Assembly (NCBI RefSeq): GCF_002571385.2
Contig: NW_019218214.1
Coordinates: 159,203-223,202 of the forward strand
Reading direction: 5' to 3'
DNA length: 64,000 bases
Source: Stylophora pistillata
Taxonomy: Eukaryota
Position 1 is the first letter of the stretch. Every line of letters starts with the position of its first letter. Under the pieces are notes generated by a model that did no database searches, was not told the DNA's origin, and saw nothing but the letters and a program-made list of their open reading frames with translations. This document shows positions 23,559-35,458 of this stretch, piece after piece. The position numbers and the translations under genes are program-made.

Positions 23559-26304
23559 CCGTCAATGCTCTATAATATGTGAAAAATCCTGATATTCTTC
23601 AGTTTCTTGGACTAATTAATAAGCGAGAATGCGAGTGGACTATATAGATAGTTCTCTTTTTATCTCGGCAAGAACTACAATTGATTTCTCTGAAAAAAAA
23701 AAACCATTGGTGTAATGTTGGCAGATGAGTGTAAAATGTCAAACTGTTTAAGTAAATGTTTCATATCGTTTCATTATATGTTTTAATGGTATTAAACTAT
23801 CTATTTGTTGTGGAAACTTTCAGTTAGTGATTTAATTTACGGTTTAGTGCCAACTGTAAGAATTTTCCGCTCTGGTTTCGCGAAGGTCGTTTATCAACAG
23901 CCCCAACAGTTTTTGGCTTCAAGTCAACTTTTATCCTTTCTAATAATGAGAGAAACACGAGAACCGCTGAGTTAAAAACGTAACACAGAGCAATTACATC
24001 CGATTTAGATTTGGGGCGATTGTTTACATCAAAAGACACACCAAGTATCGTGGAGGTAACACACCATGGCTTTGAGGGGGCGTTTATAAATTATTGCACG
24101 ACGGATTTTCCGGTGTTTAGCAAAAAACAAAGATTTATGGTTCTTAGAAAGATCTCTGTGTTGTTGGGGAGCAGAATAGACACGACCACTGGGGGGGGGG
24201 AGGGTAAGGGCCCCGTTAGTTCTTGAAGCCTGAGCCCCAGGGCATTGTTTCTCTCAAGAGGATTTAGAATCTAATAGATTTGTTTTGTTTTTGAGAAAAT
24301 ACATGATTGTCATGGGGTCCTAATCTTGAGAAAATCCAACTTCAAAACAGCGTGTTGTGTCTGTTCACGTGTATCTGTTATATCTAAGACTATCGGTCAT
24401 GCATCAATCGCATATCAGGTCCTCATTGGTCGGAAAAAATTACATCAACGCAAATGTTATATTGTCATTGAACAACAAGCCGCACGCTGAGCGAAATAGT
24501 GTCTTTCAGGAAGTGATCCAGGAAATGGCCTTATCACCCGGCGAGTTTCATTGAACAGTATGCCTAGGATTAATTATGATACTTTCTTGACGGTTTTTGT
24601 ACATACTTTGGCTGCGTACTTTGTTCCGTTGTCTAATTAGCTTTGCAAAGTAGTGTGTTCGGGTAGTATAGTCGGAGAAAGCATTTTATAATGTACTTTC
24701 AAGCTATTGTGCTGTTTGAGTCTGTTTATTATTGAGTGCGTACTTGTAATTGTGCGCCTAATCCATGCAAATAAGTTTTATCTAAGCAGTGGAAATTTTG
24801 CTTAGTTTTGCGGTAAAAAGTTGTTCCTTAGCTAAATCTAAACCGCAAACTTCTGACTATTATCTGCTGAAATTCTCCTTAAGAAACTTGAAGCTCTTCT
24901 CCTGCCAAACTGTCTAAATTGCACTCATCCCGCCCGACTCATTCGGCCTGCAGGAGTGCTGTGAGTCGGTCTGCGTTTTCTCGCACAGTCGTGCAGCGTA
25001 AATCTCTTAGACCTTAGCTACTGGCTTTCGACATTTTCGGCGTAGAAGACTGCAGAATCAAGAATAAGTAAGTCTCTCTTTTTTTTTCTCAACACATCTT
25101 TGGTGCGTTAATGCTTTTTGCTTTCGCCTCGGAAACAATCTGTCTGCATTTTTTTAAATTGTCTCGAATGAGCGAAGGTTTCTCGCTATCAGAATGTGTC
25201 TTAGTCTTTGTTCTGATCAGTGATGTGAAATGTGAATAGATAGCTGAACTAATACCAATTCAAAATTACGCTTCCTTGGCTGTTTGAACAAGGCTTGTGT
25301 TCCGCTCAAGACACTGATTATACGCGATTGATTCAATGTCACCCGAACAAAAACAGTTGATGTGATTCACAGACACATCTTGTCTATGCTTATGCAATGA
25401 AATAATCTGGGGACGCTACTTCTTGTCCTGAATCAGTGGCATTTTAGAAATAAATAGTGCCTTTATGACCCAAGTGTTTTTATACAAAGAAAAGATTTGC
25501 CGTTTCACTGAAACATACAGGCTCTGAAGTTTTCCATACGGCGTTCAACAGTAGCTGGAAAAAAAAAGGAGCCCAAGGACACACACACACAAAAAAACAG
25601 ACGCTTGGCAAATAGAGACGAGCTAAGACAATTCATATGTCTAAAGGCGATACTTTTGTACTGACACCCAGTGAACAGTTGCTAAATCATCGTCAAAATG
25701 ATGCTATTTCAGCGAATACAAAAAGATAAGGAGGAATTTGCAGTTACAGGAATATAAAAATAAATGATCCGAGACTAGGCGAACATCTTTTAGGTGGGTG
25801 TATTGAGGAGGGATAACACTATGGGGTTGTGTAAGATTTAACACCTACATTTCTTTGTTATTCACCCACTTCAATAAGTGACAAGTATCGTCGGAAATAT
25901 GGTGCGTAATTGGTGACATTGGAATTAAACCACGTGCACTCTTTTTTAAAAGTATTCATTTGTTATTTGCCTCTGACAAAGTGGTTCCTTAAGCCGTCGA
26001 CTTTGACCAAACCACTTTACAAAGCAGGGGGACAAAGTTCTTGCACGTTCTTCCTCTGGTTCAAAGATTTTACAATTTTACCATTCCCATGATCAAATAG
26101 TGGGCGATATCTTTAATGAATAAAGGGGGTCAGTTTTAAAAGAAAATGTGGAGCAGCGTCGGTGGGATATTTCAAGGTAATCTGGTTTTATCGACTGCGT
26201 TAATTATGTAAATTGCCCACTGCAAAGTTCTTGTTCAAAGAGAACCTTCGTATAGTTAACTAAATGGTTCTTGTCTATTTTTTACAGATAAACCGAGCAG
26301 AAAT

Positions 26305-27795
26305 ATGGCATTGGAGTTAATAGTTCTCGCAGCACTGGTCATTGCTGCTGCACTCTTGTTCAGCGTACTTTCACATCGAATGGAAAACCCAAAGTTACCT
26401 CCGGGTCCAGTTCCTCTCCCAGTCATTGGCAACATGCTTCAAATGGGAACAAAACCGCATCTTGGCCTAACAAAACTTGCAATGAAGTTCGGCAAGATAT
26501 TCCGACTTACTGTCGGCATTCATCGGATAGTGGTTGTGAACACCATCGATGTTGCTCGTGAAGCGCTCGTGAAGAAGGCTAACGACTTTGCAGGCAGACC
26601 GCGACTTTATACAGCAGGGCTCATTTCCCGAGGTGGCAAAGACATTGCATTTAGCGACTTTACCCCCACATGGAAATTACAGAGAAAAATAGCGCATTCC
26701 GCGCTAAAAATGTTTGGGCAAGGTATCAAGCCCATTGAGCAGAAAGTATGTCAGGAGATTAACGAACTCATCAATCGGTTTGAGTCGGTAGAGGGGCGCG
26801 CGCACGATCCTCAACATGACATCATCTTGGCCGTGATTAACATCATTTGCGCATTCGTGTTTGGTTCGCGCTATGATTTGGACGATCCTGAGTTCTACAC
26901 CATTCTTCACTACAACGAGCAGTTTGTTCAAGGATTCAGAGCTGGAAATCTGGTTGACTATTTCCCCTGGTTACGCCACTTCCCTAACAAGGGATTAAAG
27001 CTCATCAAGCAGGCTGTCAAAGACCGCGACACCATCTTACAAAGGAAATTTGATGAGCATAAGAATACGTATCAAGATTGCGTGACGCGTGACCTCACTG
27101 ATGCCCTGATTAAAGCCATGCGCGAGTCACAAGCTGAAAATCCCGGAAAGGTATTACCAATCTCCGAAGATCACGTGGTTTTAACCATGAACGATATCTT
27201 CAGCGCAGGACTGGAGACTACCTCGACGTGCGTACTTTGGGCACTTGCGTACTTAGCTCTGAATCCAAAAGTTCAGGAGAAAATCCACCAGGAATTGGAT
27301 GACGTCATTGGGAGGGAGCGCCTGCCTGAAATGTCAGATAAGCAGAACTTGCCATATTTGGAAGCCACCATTTATGAAGTATTGCGTTACAGTTCACTGG
27401 TTCCGTTACTGTTTCCACACTCAACAACAGCTGATACCAATCTCAGTGGATTTGATATTCCTCAGGACACTATTGTGCTGTTCAATGTCTGGGCTATGCA
27501 TCACGATGAGAAGGAATGGGACAAACCACATGTATTTGACCCTTCGCGTTTTCTCGATGACGATGGCAAACTTATTTGCCCTGGAACTCTGAGTTATCTG
27601 CCCTTCTCAGCTGGACGACGGGTGTGTCTGGCCGAATCACTCGGGAAAATTCAACTTTTCCTGTTCATCTCTCACTTGTTACACAAATTTCGATTCAGTG
27701 TTCCACACGAATCAAAGGCGCCGGATTTGGAAGGAATCTTTGGTGCCAGCCTATGCCCCAAGCCATACAGTCTATGTATTGAGAGACGCTACTAG
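26305..27795 (+). CDS. cytochrome P450, clan 2 (CYP17A1/CYP1-like), intronless CDS
   Basis: 496 aa; N-terminal anchor, PPGP, I-helix AGLETT, K-helix EVLR, FDPSRF, heme motif FSAGRRVCLA. Splice acceptor at 26287 just before the ATG; candidate donor GTAAGT at 25068. Confidence 0.96.
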   Translation: MALELIVLAALVIAAALLFSVLSHRMENPKLPPGPVPLPVIGNMLQMGTKPHLGLTKLAMKFGKIFRLTVGIHRIVVVNTIDVAREALVKKANDFAGRPRLYTAGLISRGGKDIAFSDFTPTWKLQRKIAHSALKMFGQGIKPIEQKVCQEINELINRFESVEGRAHDPQHDIILAVINIICAFVFGSRYDLDDPEFYTILHYNEQFVQGFRAGNLVDYFPWLRHFPNKGLKLIKQAVKDRDTILQRKFDEHKNTYQDCVTRDLTDALIKAMRESQAENPGKVLPISEDHVVLTMNDIFSAGLETTSTCVLWALAYLALNPKVQEKIHQELDDVIGRERLPEMSDKQNLPYLEATIYEVLRYSSLVPLLFPHSTTADTNLSGFDIPQDTIVLFNVWAMHHDEKEWDKPHVFDPSRFLDDDGKLICPGTLSYLPFSAGRRVCLAESLGKIQLFLFISHLLHKFRFSVPHESKAPDLEGIFGASLCPKPYSLCIERRY

Positions 27796-28066
27796 ATTGA
27801 CTGGCTCTATCTGAATGTGAATCAGCGTTAACATTCTGATTACAAATTCAGATGGTTCTTGATACCGTCTGAACGTCAATGATAGAACGCTTGATCAGTA
27901 ACAGACAATCTGTGCTAACCAGGAACGACTCAATAATTTGTCACGGTATTTATATAGCTTAGAGTGACACTATCGATACGGCTAGTAACGGGAATTTTCC
28001 TAATAGAAGTCCATATGGATCTAAATAATGAACATCTCTGGTCAAACACTTGATGAGTACGTCGAG

Positions 28067-28111
28067 CACTTGATCAGTCGAACACTTGATCAGTCGAACA
28101 CTTGATCAGTC
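28067..28111. repeat. 16-bp tandem repeat (CACTTGATCAGTCGAA, ~3 copies)
   Basis: Visible direct repeats. Confidence 0.8.
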
Positions 28112-28268
28112 GTAAAAAAAAAATCAGTGCAGAACATTTATCAAACTTTATGTTACGATCTATATATAACTTCGAGTGAGAAAATAAGTAAAGAACTATT
28201 TTCAAAGTTTCCAAGTAATATATTACCAGAATAGCTCAATAACCAAACACGACAACTGTTACTCATGT

Positions 28269-29011
28269 TTAAATATGGAAAAAGTGTAGTCAGGAGATGC
28301 CATGAGTTTTAGAGAAATTGTTTGCCTCTGACTGTTGTTATTTTTGAAACAGACGTTTCGGCTAATGCTTAAGCCTTCATCAGTGATATGAAAAACGAAG
28401 ATCGTTATCATACGCTATTTAAAGTTGAAAACGTGACGCGAAGCTTGCGCGCGTAACTATGTATTTGATGCTCGCGCGAGGTCTTTATAGGCTTCTGGAA
28501 GTGGGATGTGATAGTTCCCCGCATTCGGATCCAAAGTAGAGTGCCAGGCTTCAAGGGAAAGTCTCTCGTGGTAATTAGTTTCGAAACCAACGACCCTGAC
28601 GTTTGTGAAATCCATGTTCTGGTCGAAAAGGTGGACATGGATTGCGACTTTGGAGTTTAAGTCAAAACCTGCAACTGCCTTTTTGTGCTCCGCAATTCTG
28701 GTCTTTAATGATCTTTCTGTTTGGCCACAGTACTTAAAATTACAGTGTGCAATTGATTTTGTACACCATGCCGGACTTCTGGTGGTCAGGTTCGTCTAGC
28801 CCCTTGGGGCGTGGAAAAAGGCTGTTGATTGTTTGTTGTGGTTTGTAGGCTACTTATAAAGACCTCGCGCGACCATCAAATACATAGTTACACGCGCAAG
28901 CTTCGTGTCACGTTTTGAACTTTAAATAGCGTATGATAACGATCTTCGTTTTTCATATCACTGATGAAGGCTTAAGCATTACCCGAAACGTCTGTTTCAA
29001 AAATAAAAACT
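28269..29011 (-). mobile_element. 5'-truncated Penelope-like retroelement with GIY-YIG endonuclease remnant and inverted pLTRs
   Basis: Minus strand ~28853-28457 translates (one frameshift) as KSGMVYKINCT/CNFKYCGQTERSLKTRIAEHKK...ERLSLEAWH. Inverted repeats 28338-28489 / 28855-29006 each contain CTGATGA...GAAACGTC. Imperfect 16-bp TSD at 28253-28268 / 29012-29027. Confidence 0.9.
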
Positions 29012-29432
29012 CAACTACTACTCATGTATATTCTGACCGCAAGTTTTGACAAATTTTAAAGACGAATTGGGTTTTTCAATGAGAGTGAAAGAAGAAAACT
29101 GCGTGTACTGAAACTGACGAAAACAGTCATGTAATAATCCTGGGAAAAAAATCCTGAATAACCACTCAAACAGACGAGCGTTTAACCTTTAGTTTATGTT
29201 ATCATGAATGAAGAAAGGTTGATTGCAAAGTAGGAATTAATATATATTCCAATAATTTATGTTAACAACTCAATACGCCAAGAAATTAGTAAAAGAATGT
29301 TTTTCATACTTCCCCACTTGATTGAATTTTGGTAAATTTCTTTGCCCCCATTGACATTTTTCAAAAATATCACAGTGTTATGTATTTTAAAAGAATCCAA
29401 GAGAGTTTTAAAGAGTTGTTCTCCAATCATGT

Positions 29433-29733
29433 AAAAGGTAAAGGTAAAGTCTGTTTACGAGCCTAGTGGCCCATTAGGCCGGTGCTTAACTCCGGTTTCT
29501 GTAGCATGAAGCGACTAGGAGTATTTCTACTCCCCCCTGGATGGGATGCCAGTCCATCGCAGGGTTACCCCCAGCATTAAATTGCCGGTACCCATTTATA
29601 CACCTGGGTGAAGAGAGGCACTGTGAGAGTAAAGTGTCTTGCCTAAGAACACAACACAATGTCCCGGCCGGGGCTCGAACCCGGACCACTCGATCCGGAG
29701 TCGAGCGCACTAACCATGAGGCCACCGCGCCTC
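29433..29733 (-). mobile_element. tRNA-derived SINE (near full length)
   Basis: Head GAGGCGCGGTGGCCTCATGGTTAG (A box)...GGTTCGAGCC (B box); body; (TTTACC)n tail. A degenerate relative lies at ~63720-63950 (+). Confidence 0.88.
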
Positions 29734-29734
29734 T

Positions 29735-29930
29735 AANTTTAATCTAGGTTTCTATATTTCTCTGTTCAAAAGCCGTTTTGAGATAATTTTCCAAATTCTT
29801 TTAGAGCATTCAATTATCAAATTGTAGACAAATGGAATTAAACTGAATTTTCTTTTAAAGCTTTCAGATCTAATGTCAAAGCACACTAGCCCTGGGTTAT
29901 CTCAACCCACCTTTGAACAACCCGGCCCAG
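29735..29930 (-). mobile_element. MITE copy, truncated at the SINE junction
   Basis: Reverse-complement match to 30531-30773. Confidence 0.65.
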
Positions 29931-30230
29931 GACTCTAACGCTGTACTAGGCCACTGCGTCTTCCTCAGATTTCTAAGGCACTGGTTCCAAGTCACCTCCT
30001 CCCAGTATGGTGCAGAAAACAAACATCAACACTGTGGCCTCCTGTGCTAAGGACAATATTTCATTCAGTTTTGCAGCTTAGCAGATAGTTTCGTCTTTTC
30101 CCAAGGGAAAACCCTTCAAAATATGAGCCCTAGTAGCAATTTATTTCAAGAAATAGTTAGAACAAGTTACACTTTTAATCCTGAATTGATTGCAAAACAC
30201 CTTTGGAACAACATGGCCCAGAATATTCTA

Positions 30231-30823
30231 CAGCCGAACCTTGATTATCCGGACTAGTTGGGACTTGGGTAATTAAATAGTCCAGATAATTGAGAGTCCG
30301 AATAATTTGAAAATTTGAATATTAATGAGGCAATAATGTAAATAAAAGAAATAAAGATAACACATTTTTAATTCTAAAAGTCTGCTTGAATGACTCTCCG
30401 AGCACTTGATCTTTTGAGATTGGAGGTAATGTGCTGTTTTAAATGCACTTTCCCAGACTTAACATAATCTCTGAATTTTTTACCTCTTAGAGTTTTGAAG
30501 ATCCAAAAAAAAGGGACCAGAGAAAAAGTCCAGGGTCGAGGTTTTCAAAGGTGGGTTAAGATAGCCCAGGGTTTGTGTGAAATTTGATTTCAGATCTGAA
30601 ATCAAATTCAGAAATTCAGTCTTATTCCATTTGTCCACAATTTGATGATTGAATTCTTTAAAAAGAATTGTGAAAATCATCCCAAAATGGCCTTTGAACA
30701 GAGAAATATAGAAACCTGGACTAAAATTTAACCTTGGCCTAGCACTAATTGGCCTTCGAACAACTGGTCCCTGATAATCAAAAAGTCCAGATAATGGAGG
30801 TCCAGATAATCAAGGTTCGACTG
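30231..30823. mobile_element. Tc1/pogo-like MITE containing a nested MITE (30531-30773)
   Basis: TIR (TA)CAGCCGAACCTTGATTATCCGGAC / GTCCAGATAATCAAGGTTCGACTG; internal TCCAGATAAT repeats. Confidence 0.75.
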
Positions 30824-31347
30824 TGGAATGTTTCACTGTTTACCTCATTACTAGTAAGTATGCTTAACTTGTGGACTTGGTCATGCATACAGACTTAAGA
30901 ACAGGATTTTGCATCATCACTTGGAATGTTCTGGACTGTTTTGAGCAGATCTATATAATTGGAGTGCACATCAAGCTGATGTGGTTCTTTCTGTAATTTG
31001 ACAATAAAGCTGATTGCTGCAAATTACAAGTCACTACTCAGTGCTGTTACTTGGTTTTGAATCAGCCATTATAACCAAGTTATCCCCTATACTAGCATTA
31101 TACTAACCCAGGTGAAACATCACTGCAATTGGCATCTCAACCTGCAACTTCACATGTGCTCAGCTGTGACAGGTTTTAATGGTTACGACACTTATTGACA
31201 GCCCTGAAAACTACAGAAATATCCCCAGACCTGTTCATAAAGGTGTGTTCAACAGGGCTGGCCTGATTTTTGAAATGTTACCTAGCTAATTTTGATTTGT
31301 TCGTGTAAGCAGGTGGGAAAGCCCTCATACCTCTTTCAAAACCAGTC

Positions 31348-31348
<1 letters not shown>

Positions 31349-31402
<54 letters not shown>
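31349..31402. repeat. (AAT)n microsatellite
   Basis: ~18 perfect units. Confidence 0.95.
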
Positions 31403-31725
31403 GTAAGGTTTTTATGAGCGCATTTAAGAATCTCAATGCTTTTACATAGCATAATAAAAATAAAATATAACAACGATACTAATACAATGGTCTCTTTCAC
31501 TATATTCAGTACATTACTATCCTTTGTATTCAAACATCATACGTAACTTGGAATATCTATCCATGAATTGTCAGGGGTATGAAAAATTGAATTAGTAAAT
31601 ATTATGAATACATAATACTGATTTATACAATTTACACCCTCCCACACTGCATTTAATAAAAAAAACTCCATATGTCAATATGGATGACTCAATCTGCATG
31701 GTCGGCCAAACAAAAAGTGTCTTAC

Positions 31726-32625
31726 TCAGTTTTTTAGCTTCTCGCAACCATTAAATACATCTGGATGTTCATGTGGAGTTCCATCTCTTGGAAATTCAAA
31801 CCAGTTTTTGCCAAATTGAGAAACTAATTCATCTTTCCAGTTGTTCTGTACTGAAAGTGTAAAACCTTCAAATGGTAACCTCTTCAAAGGGTAGACATAT
31901 CTTGACACATGGGGATGGACGAAGATGTCAATCATGAGGCCATCGTGCCAATTGCAACCGTGTGCAATACAATATTTATAACAGCTATTTCTATCTCTCA
32001 GTCTTGGGTTCCATGTTGCTTCGTATAAACCAACTAGTTCATGTTTGTGAAAACCACGAGAGTTGTTCGGAAACGCGGGATCGGTAAGTGAATTCTGAAA
32101 GAAAATGTCAGGTGGTAAATCCTTCGCTGCAACTTGAAAGAATTTGACATAGTCATCTAACGGCATTTCAATATCACTATCTACATCCCAAGGTATAAAT
32201 CCTTGATGTCTTGCTGCACCAAGTAGAGTACCTCGTGTAATCCAGTAAAATATATCATACTTTTGAGCGAGAAGGTCGAAAATGCGCATCATTCTTGTCA
32301 TGACAAGTTGTCCTTGTCGATACAAAACTTTGGAATAATTACGTATATCAGGGCATTGAAGTTGACCATCTATCATGTCACATTTTCCACCAAGTTCAGT
32401 GTATAACCTCGGGCACATCTCACCCCAATCATATTTCTTCTCGTAGTTCTCGTAGCAGTGTTTTCCAGTTCGATTTGCATAAAACGGTCTATCAACTTCC
32501 ATACTCTCGTAACGATATTTTGCAGAAAACGGCAGAATTGGGTCGATTTGAAACACTGCAACTCCCAGTAGACATACTATGGTTACTATTAAAACGAGTA
32601 AAGAAAATCTCGCAGCTGTGCGCAT
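31726..32625 (-). CDS. LicD/fukutin-family phosphotransferase, type II membrane protein, intronless
   Basis: 299 aa; N-terminal TM anchor; YWITRGTLLGAARHQGFIPWDVDSDIEM is the LicD nucleotidyltransferase motif; DGLMIDIF. Confidence 0.92.
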   Translation of the reverse strand: MRTAARFSLLVLIVTIVCLLGVAVFQIDPILPFSAKYRYESMEVDRPFYANRTGKHCYENYEKKYDWGEMCPRLYTELGGKCDMIDGQLQCPDIRNYSKVLYRQGQLVMTRMMRIFDLLAQKYDIFYWITRGTLLGAARHQGFIPWDVDSDIEMPLDDYVKFFQVAAKDLPPDIFFQNSLTDPAFPNNSRGFHKHELVGLYEATWNPRLRDRNSCYKYCIAHGCNWHDGLMIDIFVHPHVSRYVYPLKRLPFEGFTLSVQNNWKDELVSQFGKNWFEFPRDGTPHEHPDVFNGCEKLKN

Positions 32626-32688
32626 CGTGAAGCTGAAGGTATAGGTTTATTACCCACGCACTGCGTAGTCCTGCGAAAAAGCACGGCT

Positions 32689-32813
32689 AAACTTCAGAAT
32701 ACCCGGCCACTCATTTACATGTCATTAAATGAGAATAGCATCTATTGTGTTATGCCTCATTCTTCAAAGCCTCCCGACACATGTATGTGATGTGGACGGG
32801 TATTCTGAAGTTG
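32689..32813. mobile_element. MITE with ~21-bp TIR and 10-bp TSD, just upstream of the LicD ATG
   Basis: AACTTCAGAATACCCGGCCAC / GTGGACGGGTATTCTGAAGTT (20/21); TSD AAGCAC(G/A)GCT at 32679-32688 and 32814-32823. Confidence 0.75.
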
Positions 32814-33839
32814 AAGCACAGCTGGAATTATTTGCTTAATCTTCAAAGAGCTTGTCTTCAGTTAATTAAACATTAACTACAAATTGTCACGTAGATGGCC
32901 AACTCCCAGTTACCTTTTATTCGTCGTCTTATTTTAGTGAACGTCAGGTGTGAAATGTTAGAGTGCGCCCACGATTTTCCGGCTTCGTTGTACTAATGAT
33001 CATGTGGTGTAAAACGCAAGAAAGTTGACGGCATTTGCCAAGCTCAGTTTATAGCACAAGCGAGCAGAGAAGTTGGATTTATGCTATGTAAGATTTCCGT
33101 TACCATAGAAAAGTACCAAGATTGTAAAGGAGGAATGGGGATTTCGGGAGATAGAGGATTTTTTCTATTTTACTTTTATTAATTTTTTTATGCGATAATC
33201 CTTGATAATCCATTTTCTTAATATACTTGGAATTCTTTTCTCACCTTTGCCCCAACCCCCATCAGTTTTGGACAAGACATACTAAACTCAAATAGGCATG
33301 TTTCTATTTCGAAAAAGAAGTATGCAGTCGTTTTGCGAGTGGTTACGGGTTGCAAAAATTATCCCAAAGCGACTCATTACCAGGTTACTCTCGGGCGTAA
33401 AAATCAAAGATGGAGTCGTTTTCAATCGAAGACAGTCAGTGATTCTCCCTCGCAGCCGTTTGTAGTCTCGTCACGCAACGCTCCTCCCCACAAACTGGGG
33501 GAGTTGTTCGCCTGGCGTGACGACTCCGGAAATGTCTGCAAAGTGGTCTAGTGATAAGCATGCATGCAGCGAAGCTGTTGCCATTGGCGGACAGCTGTTG
33601 GCGATAAAGTACTCACATCAACCAACAGTATCAGGAAAAGTCTAGATGTGGAAAATATCAAAGCAATAATATTGCCGTAATGATACTTGGGATTATAATT
33701 TGAATAGTTATGTTGTTGTTATATTATCGCTATGATTATCAATGTTATTAATTTTCATTTGCTTTGATTATCTTCCACTGCAGTCGATGTGCGCATGTTT
33801 CATTTTGTTCCTCCTTGTTGTTCAGTGAGCAGCTAACAA

Positions 33840-34030
33840 CTAACTTCCATGAGTGACCAAGTCAGAATATCTCCGCACAATATCAATACAACAACAATTA
33901 GACAAGTGATAATAAAGAAAATATAAATTATGGGATTATTAATTGATTTAACGCCAAATTCTCCGAACTAACATCATGAAAATTGTAAGCAAGGCAGAAA
34001 GGAGAATTGTTGATCAGATCTTGGGAGGAA
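33840..34030 (+). mobile_element. MITE, same family as the 6422 host
   Basis: CATGAGTGA..AA...CAATATCAATACA...GACAAGTGAT...TTCTC.GAACTAACAT shared. Confidence 0.6.
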
Positions 34031-35458
34031 AATGCCAATGGATTATCTATCGCATAGGCTCTCTATTCCACAAATTATCGGCGTTAATCATTAAGACAAC
34101 TATCGGAGCAAAGGGCGATATGATAAGATGTAAAATTTGTTTTTATTTAAGTTCTCTTCCTCAAGGACTTTGGAAGCGTACAATATTTAGTTAACTTCCA
34201 GATCTAACATTTTAAATTTATTAACCTTTTCTTGCAACACAGGAAATTGATCTTTTGAAGATTATAATCAGGGAAAATAAAAATTACAAATAAATTTGTC
34301 GAAAGCGATTGCTCGTTATAATCCAAATTAGTTGCAGTATATTTCGTCCTCAATTAATATATAGTTCGCATATTTACTGAAGGTTTATAGTGCGACATAA
34401 AGGTGTCAATTGTTATTCAGAGAGAAACAAAATTGACACAGCTTTCTTTTTTTGTTCCGTAGCGAAGAAAAACTTGTTTACTCGCCTACACGCTCCGGCA
34501 CTGAGTAATGGGAAAGCGTCATTGGGGAACAGTTCATTTTGCGCTTCTTAGCTTCCACTGGGCCAACATCAGTACGATGTTGCACCATTGAAATTTTACT
34601 AACCTTGAGCTACAGATTTTCAATTCGAACAAGCAAGTCCCAACTAATCATAGCAATTTTGTTTTTAAATATTTTTGTTAGATGTTATGGAGAACATCTG
34701 ATGCAACATGCAAACTAGTTTATTTACGCGGACGAAACAACATTCTAGGTCTTTAAGCCATTGGAAATACTCCGTCAACTCACACTACAAATTAAACATA
34801 ACCGTCTGTTTGAATAGAATCGTTTCCTGATAACGATTTTGGACTAAAAGTGAGCAGTTTAGTTTAATTTTAAATTGATGTTTGCTGCATATTAAGCGGT
34901 CCTAATAAAAAAGAAAAAAAAAAAGTTTAATCACTAATGCATTCGTTTTGGTGTGATAATAATGAAAAAAAATATAAAGTGCTGTTAAAAGGAAAAATTA
35001 CTAATGCTTCAAATGGCTGAAAACCATAGAGTCTTACCAGAATAAAGATAAAAGCTGTAAGCTCTAAAAGAGATATCGATTATTAATAGCTTTGACAAGC
35101 CGAAGTATTTCAAGAGAATAATATTTCTTCAGGTAACTTTGAATCTAATATCTAGATGACAAATTGATAAAAACATTTCTATCGATCGCAGTCGGTCATA
35201 TTAGTTCGTGAACAACCTGTATTTCAGCAAACATACCATTCAGTTGAGTGTCAAGTCATCATGCAAATTTTGCTCTGACATGGTATATCCTCAAATCAAT
35301 AATTTTTGGACGAATATGCGATTTTCAATTGCTAAGGGTTTCTTGGCGAAATAAAATATCTCGGAAAGTAATTCAAAGCGGTTTTAATCTGTCGGTAAAA
35401 TTTTATTTGCGTCACCATAAACTTTTCTTCTCACGAAGGTTGCTATGTTTACTTCACG

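Noticed and set aside
29486-29747. ORFs and tRNA-like sequence
   Set aside because: Belong to a tRNA-derived SINE; not a tRNA gene or protein.
29735-30773. Large inverted repeat as one composite transposon
   Set aside because: Better explained as two independent copies of one MITE, the second nested in a pogo-like MITE.
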